From contig JARFYF010000012.1 in NCBI GenBank assembly GCA_030265395.1, positions 30,432,507 to 30,496,506 on the forward strand: DNA of 64,000 nucleotides, in the 5' to 3' direction. Within the stretch, counting starts at the first letter, position 1. The number at the start of each line of letters is the position of its first letter. Below, one piece after another: positions 1 through 64,000 of the stretch. Made by a program: the position numbers and the translations under genes. The notes beneath the pieces were generated by a model. It saw nothing but the letters and a program-made list of their open reading frames with translations, was not told where the DNA came from and did no database searches. Source of the DNA: Rhina ancylostomus (taxonomy: Eukaryota).

Positions 1-3000
1 GGGGGCGGTGGAAATGCAGAATCTCTTGTGTCCCTATTATATAGAAGGGAGTGTCTGGGTAATATCAGTATCTATTCTATAACATTAAGCCATTTTTGCA
101 GTCAATTAAAAGGTTAAGGAACAATGAAAAGCACCCTGATCCATGACACAATATTTTTTAAGTTTCACTAGGATTTTGAAAGCACAAGTCCATTTATTAA
201 AATACCACTCCAAGAAAGAAAGAGCCAACATGGCATTCTTCACTGCTCTCTTCATACAGGAGACAGCCATGACTCACTTATGGGTGAAGTTACAAGGCTG
301 GGGTGGAGAGTGGAGAGGTCCTTCATCCTTCTGACACTATCCATTGCCCATGGGGGCAAAGAAGAAAGTGAATATTTTCTTCATCTTTCTTCCACTCAAG
401 TGCATTCTTAATCAGTGTCATGAACAACATTTTTTTTTGAAGGCCATAGTCTACTTCTCTAACCCAAGGACAATGTAACATCCCAATCACTGCCCATAGG
501 CAAGACCTGAAATATTAACTATGGGCAAACCTGATCAGAATGGGTTGGAGTAACAGTTTTACTCCAAGCAACAGACTCAAGGTAGTTAGTTTGGCTTTAT
601 TACAAAGGCATCTCATTCTAGAATTAATGATTCCCTGTCCGCACTGCGCTACTAAATCCCAGCTTTGTGTTTTCCTTCTCAGTTTTGCTTCTAATGGGGG
701 AAGAAGATCAAAAGAACACCTCTGAGGTGGAGCTTAGCTTCAGGATCCATAACTTTAATGGGATGGCTTTCAGTTCAAGCTTGCTTTGTGTGGCAGCCAA
801 ACACCAAAAGCGTTCCTTCTCCATTTCATTCCACAGGCAGAGATTTGCTTGATAATAAAAGCTTTGAAAATTTGAATGTAGTACTTATGCTCATAGCCAG
901 GAAACACAAGAAAATAGGAGAGGAGAGGAAAATACAGGGTTATGAAGGTGAGAACAACAAAAGGAAGTGGGATCATGAGACAATCAATCAAGCCTGACGT
1001 GCAGTGAAGGATGCAGTGTTGCATTTCTTTTATAAAAATGCACCTTTCCTTTGGTCCATTTTTTCCTTGTATTATTATGGGGAAAACAGAATTTCTGCTC
1101 TATACTGAAATGCATGCAAAAAACATGGTTAATCCATCTCCCCAGAGATTGAAACCTGCCACACTGTCAGTTTCATTCATTGAAATGTGAACATTGCTAC
1201 AGACAACTATCAGTTTTCATCTTTTCTAAGGTGGTTCCGATTGGTGACTAGCTGAAAGGAAATGCCATTGTTAGCGGAGGCGGCTCAGGTGCCCACATGA
1301 TAATTTATGGAAATCAGCAGCTCGAAGGAAGCACATTGTGGGACCCGGGCAACATATTGGGACTCAAACACAGATAAAAGGCATCCTCTACTCCCTGTTC
1401 AATGGCATAGCTCATTTTTATACCAGCTGTACGATTTGATGCAAGCACCAATGAAATTAATCTGGATCTGTCCAACAGTGGAATTTTGAAGATATAACCA
1501 ATTTTTAAAAAAGCACATTAACTATCGAGAAGACTACATAAATTAGTGACAAACTTTGAACAAACCAACAGAATTTACCTTTTTTGACTAATGCAATATC
1601 GTCCAGTTTTATTACATGAAATAAGCCCTGTTGAGCTGACTTGTCTCATAATAATGCAACTTATTCATAAATATTACACAATTAGCATTTTGCTTTGTGA
1701 ATTTTGAAAATGGGAATGGGAAATATACAATGAGAATACATTTTTTGCAAGAAATGCACAAGTACTTTTGAAAACAGATTTAAAGAGAATTTTTTAAAAA
1801 AATTAGAAGAACTGAATACATCTTAACAAAGCCACTGTTTCATTAGTAAAACTGAGTTCAGTATCTTACGGTAGGACCACTTAGGTACTGTTTTAGGTGA
1901 TTTTGCATTTCAGGGCCAAGTTGACATTAAGGGAACAATTATACAAGATGATCTGTTCTCTGATATTGCGGTCCTACAAGAAGATTAAACAGCTAAAAAA
2001 AACTGAACATGCTGCCTTGCATGAAAAATTAGTCCTGGTACACCCAATTAAAAAAACTTACCATTTCTCAGTATTTTACTGGCAGTTTATTTTTTTAAAA
2101 ATTGGGACAATAATAGATTTCAAGATGACAATTTGCCTCATTAATAGTGCAGGTATTTGAAACATGATATACTCAAGACAGGAATGAGGGATCAGCTTTG
2201 TATGCTAACTGTTACAATAGCCTGGAGATGCCAAAGAAAGTGTCAAACGGAGCAATGACCATATCTTCAACATTCATGACAACAATGCATGAAGTGCCTC
2301 AGTGTTTAAAAGTGCAGTCATTCTTAATTTGTTAACCAAAAAACATTGGATTTAATCATGGAATGTTTGTCTGCAAACTTGCCTCTTAAGGGAAAATGTG
2401 TAAAAGTATGCATTACAGCATCTTGGTGCAACTTAAAGCTTTTCCTTCACATTTTATCACCATGACATAATTGTTTTAAGTCCAAATACTTTTTTTTTTA
2501 AAAGGGCTGTGGGTGCAAAGTAAGAAGACACTAAGTTTTATACTAGTCACATGAATTTTACCATTAAAAAAAAATCACGTGCTGATTTTATTGCTGTAGC
2601 AAGATTTTATTTTAATCCTTCTCTAACGATGGCATTTCAGTTTCTGCTGAATTAACAAGGTGCAACTGGCAGCCACAGGAAGTTGCCCATACACAAAAAA
2701 GTTTCCAAAGATGCAATGTGAGGCCATCTGTAAGGGATTTATTTTAAGTGTGTAAACCAAAAATCAGCTTAAATGTAGAATTTAAAATGGTAACAAAACA
2801 GTATTTATATTTATTGCTGTCAACAGTTTTTTTTGGATGCAGTAGATAACCGTTGTCAAGGCTTTGCATGCCTTCAAAATGTCGTCCTACAGTTTGCAGT
2901 TATCTTTTGCAGTTAATCTTCCAAAATAAAAGAATGATGAAATATTCAGAACTCTACTAGAGAAGATTTTGTGTTACAAAACAGGCAAGAAGTTAGCTCA

Positions 3001-3254
3001 ATTTAGGGAGGGTAGCATATATCACAAGCTGTCATTTTTGAGTTCTTCAGTTATATGATGGTAAATGCATCAAGCAGCTTGCAACCAACAATAAAAGTTG
3101 CTAACGGAACTGTAAAATATTACCATGAGATGTGATTTTGTACCTATCACAAATGGGTTACAGGAAGACTCCAAATCACATTCATGATCAAAAGAATCAC
3201 TTTTGGATGGGAAACAAGTTTATGTTGAGATCAGAAGGATGGTGACAATGCCTC

Positions 3255-3615
3255 ATTTCAGATTGCTCCTCCATTCAATACAATCATGGCTGATCCCCAT
3301 ACCACAAAATTAAATTCTCTTTCTCCCTCTTTACCCCTTAATGCCTCATGTCTAAAAAAAATCTATCTACCACATTCTTAACATACTCAGTGACTTGGTC
3401 TCCTTAGCCTTCATTCCACAGGTTCACCAGCCTGAGTGAAGAACTCTTCATCTCAGCCCTATGTCTCACCCTGGTACCCTGGGTCTAGATTCTTTCCCCC
3501 ACCCCCATCCTCCCAGCCAGGAGAAACACCCTCCCTGTATCCAGCCTGTTAAGTTCCAGTATTTTGTGTGCATCAATCTCCCTCCATTTCTCTGAACTAA
3601 TAATTACAGTCCTAG
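3255..3615 (-). mobile_element. CR1/HER1-like LINE 3' fragment, decayed
   Basis: ccattcaatacaatcatggctgatc...aatctatcta...ttccacaggttcacca: reverse complement of a chondrichthyan CR1-type 3' end. Confidence 0.7.
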
Positions 3616-5431
3616 TTTTAGTGCAATTTGCACTGCACATAAGTTTTTGCTATACATTCTTTGCCCAGTTAGGACCCAAATTCAGACTCATTAATAGTCT
3701 AATAATTACAAAAGACAACATTCCATAAGATGGCAAAATGTAAGTGGTGCCTCTTTAGGGATTCAAATGGGCTACAAAATGACAAATCTGACTTTGGAAG
3801 AGCATCATTTCTTTGACTAGCCAGTTTGGCTTACTAATGGAATTCGGAGAGATACTTGCGCCACTGATAACTAGGACTCTTCCACTTAGTTTCACACATC
3901 AGGACTGTAGGAATTTACTTCAGGAAAAAAAATCTAAAACTCCATGCTATGCAGCCTCCACTTTTGCACATGTTAATCATAAATACCACAATGTTTGTTA
4001 CATTTTGTTGGAAACATGCATTCTCCATTCACCATCAACAGGAGACCAAGTACATGTTGTACTTCATTTATATAGTGCTGCCAACCAATTCAGGTGTCAC
4101 ATACGTTTGCACAAATTCCTGCAAGACTTGCATTCTGCCGACTCAAATGGAGACTCCATCTATCACAAAGTAACAAACTACCTCAGAACTGGCATGCAAG
4201 ATATTAAAACAATCTCAGGAAAACCGCCCAAGTAAACTTTCCAACCTTATGATCACTTGTTGGGAAGTAAAATGAATGCCCATACAAAACTTAACAAGTC
4301 TTTATGAACACAATCTACCAACATGCAGTTTCAATGACTTCAAAACAGTTTGGCACTCACCACTATTACTGAAATCAGATTCTACTTTGTGCAGTTAATG
4401 TTGAAATTTGAAATTAAAGAGGCTGTTGTCAGTGATACCCTGCTGAAATTTTTGCAAATACAATCAAAACTTACTGCTATGGCATGACCTTTAACTATTT
4501 TGTACAATTTTCACTGAAAACCAATGGAAGTTGATCCACGTGCAAAAAAATGGCAACTGTGTTTAAATGGCATACAAATCAATTACCTCCAATCTCTCCT
4601 CCCTGAAGCACATTCTTACAAATCTCACGTCTAAAATTGCAAAACCTGTTATTTAACATAAATTGTAGAATAAGTTTTTCAGAATTTGTCTAATTGCCAT
4701 TTTGTTTTTTTCAGTTTAAAAATTACAAATGAGTGCCAAATATAGGTGAAAAAAATTTATAAAAGTTAATTTACAAAAATATACTCTCACTTACCAGCAA
4801 GACCTGTTCAACTGTTGATGGAATTGTATTAATTTTGCACAGCACACAACCTGGAGCTTAAGTTCATCTCTGATACGGCCCGAGAACCCCTCATTCCAAT
4901 CAATTTGACTTCCATCTCCCTATTCGTTCCAGTTCTTTCCTAATCTTTCCCATCTCGCTCAATTCTTGGCACAATCCTGATCATTTTCTACCTAGCATCA
5001 TCATTCTTGGATATGACAAATATGATGACTGAGAGATCTACTTTTTTCCAATTGACTGCTGTCACTTGCTACATGCATGAATACATTTAAGGAGTCCAAA
5101 TATCAGCCTTTATGAACCATATAATTGCAACACTGAGGGACAGGTTTCACAGATATTAAAACAATTTGCAGGGCTCTTCAAGGCTGCATTTGACAACTTC
5201 TAGGCACTTCACGCAACTTCTAATAAAAGATGTTGGGTTTAACAGCAAAAAAAATCTGAAACAATGGTCATCATAGGATTACATTATTTAATACAAAACA
5301 CAACCAGCAATTATTGCTGCACCTAAAACAAAATATTTTGACAGCATGTGCGCTGCTGGATTAGAAAGGCAGCATTCACAGCATCACTTTAGTTTAGCCA
5401 CAGTAGATTAAGCAGAAAGAGAATTCCATAC

Positions 5432-62417
<56,986 letters not shown>

Positions 62418-63273
62418 TTATCACCAACTAGTCCCACTTCACTTTTTGCCTGAAAGGCAAAATCACCTTATCTAGATGGAAGCTGGCGTGGGACTGATTA
62501 TTGGCAACAGTTAGGGCCAGGTGTAATCTGAAAATGTCCAGGCAGTGACAGTTTTAAAATCATCTCTCTTAATTGTGTTGACAGCTATATGTCTACAGGC
62601 AATGCAAAATGTCAAACTCTCTCAATTTCAAGTGAAGGTAGAAAACAGACCTTTGGAATCTAACTGGCAGGGACAACAGCATACAGGCAGCCTAGGTAAC
62701 ACATTAATCCTAATTAAAACCTTTAGCAGTGCTAATATGCCACTGCTGGATATCATTTGCAAATCTAGTTACGTTATAAATATAACCTACTCCAAAGCAG
62801 AGCAATTACATTGGAAACAGTGAAATGTTGGGCCAGATCATTCTAGATTAAACCCACTGGTCAAACCCATCTGCACTAACCTTTTGCAGATACAGATGGC
62901 CAACCGAGCTGACTCTCTGTACTCGTGTGGTAATGCAGGCTCTGTACTGCAACCAGGTCTCACCTTAAAAAGTCCCTCACACTCACCACATTGCCTTGTC
63001 AACTATGTTACAGACTGTTAAACTGTTAAATAAAATAATTTCATTGGAAACACTGATGTGCTTGCAAATATTTAAAGCATGAAAATAACCCGTGCCTTTT
63101 TCTCAGCATTGGCAAGCCCATATAATTGAATGGCCTTGCTAGATGGTGCTGACAGAAAGCTGAGGGGCCAGGTGCAAAGTGCATCCACTCCCCTCCCTTC
63201 AGCACTTTGGTGCTGGAGTCAATCCACTAGCATCTGACCTCCAGCTCACCTCAACATTTTCTTTTAAGATTAT

Positions 63274-63554
63274 GATTTATTACTCACACATACATCGAAA
63301 CACAGTGAAACACAACTTTTGCGTAGCGTGTTCTAGGGCAGCCCACAAGTGTCGCCACGCTTCTGGAAGCCACATAACATGCCCACAACTTCCTAACCCA
63401 TACGTCTTTGGAATGTGGGAGGGAACCAGAGCACCCGGAGGAAATGCACGCAGACACAGCAAGAACATACAAACCCCTCACAGACAGTTGCCGGAATTGA
63501 ACCCGGGTCGCTGGCTCTGTAAAGCATTACACTAACCGTTACACTACCCTGCCC
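63274..63554 (-). mobile_element. Full-length tRNA-derived V-domain SINE
   Basis: Minus strand A box TAGTGTAACGG, B box GGTTCAATTCC, V domain tttcctccgggtgctctggttccctcccacattccaaagac, tail ending aataaatc. Confidence 0.85.
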
Positions 63555-64000
63555 TTACATGTGCAGAAGTTCGAGACAGGATGAACAGCAAATAGCTAAA
63601 GGCAAGCATAGTCTGCTCCATTGAAAAAAGTTGGCTTGCACCCACAAATTCTTTTACTGACAATGAACCTAACTGCCTAGAAATGAATCACATTTTATTG
63701 TTACTTCTATATACACATTCAGCATGCATGGAAGCAAAATACCGTACTCCACAGATCAGGGTGCAGGACACATTAAGAAAACAAAAGACAAAAAGATAAC
63801 AGCATTAAAAAGAAACTCAAATAAAAGCATCTTAAAACGAACATACTGATGCAGCAGGTGTTCAAGCAGTCATTGGACACTTAAAGTGCTGGTGCATTTT
63901 TGTACGCATAATATCCTTTAGGGATGGAGAGCAGCATTTTGAGGGACTTCATAGTTCTAATGGCTTGTGAAAAAAAAGCTATTGCACAGTCTGGTGGATC

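Noticed and set aside
4788-4990. Strong minus-strand donor CTG|GTAAGT near 4795 as the next MYOF exon
   Set aside because: The required frame has a TGA just upstream and the expected KGWWPC motif is absent. I did not find that exon in 1-5431, so it probably lies outside the window.
63480-63554. tRNA gene
   Set aside because: A and B boxes are present but continue directly into a SINE body with no complete cloverleaf. The same applies at 18985.

Overview
This is eukaryotic, AT-rich, CpG-depleted vertebrate DNA from a scaffolded assembly with 11 N-gaps. Its repeats (tRNA-derived V-domain/HE1-like SINEs, Deu-domain SacSINE1-like SINEs, CR1/HER1-like, Rex1/Babar and RTE LINEs, Penelope-like elements) point to a cartilaginous fish, probably a ray or other batoid; the taxon is an inference. 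The whole window lies inside one minus-strand gene, myoferlin (MYOF). I traced 10 consecutive GT-AG exons (62360 to 5432, 1255 nt, all phases compatible) encoding the penultimate C2 domain and most of the last C2 domain. Upstream and terminal exons fall outside the window. Almost none of the listed ORFs are real genes. The most notable non-coding signals are: (1) a dense cluster of perfect nuclear-receptor half-site repeats (DR5, DR2, DR1, plus a near-perfect IR0) at 21.8-22.4 kb and a second perfect DR5 at 45.85 kb, candidate retinoic-acid enhancers possibly serving CYP26 genes if human synteny holds; (2) two strong CTCF-like motifs next to that cluster; (3) many Penelope terminal repeats carrying decayed or variant minimal hammerhead ribozyme motifs, several collapsed into ~150-200 bp hairpins centred on the ribozyme core; (4) a 36-bp locally templated insertion. 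Exon and motif coordinates were counted base by base. Repeat boundaries are approximate, and family names come from recall rather than a database search.
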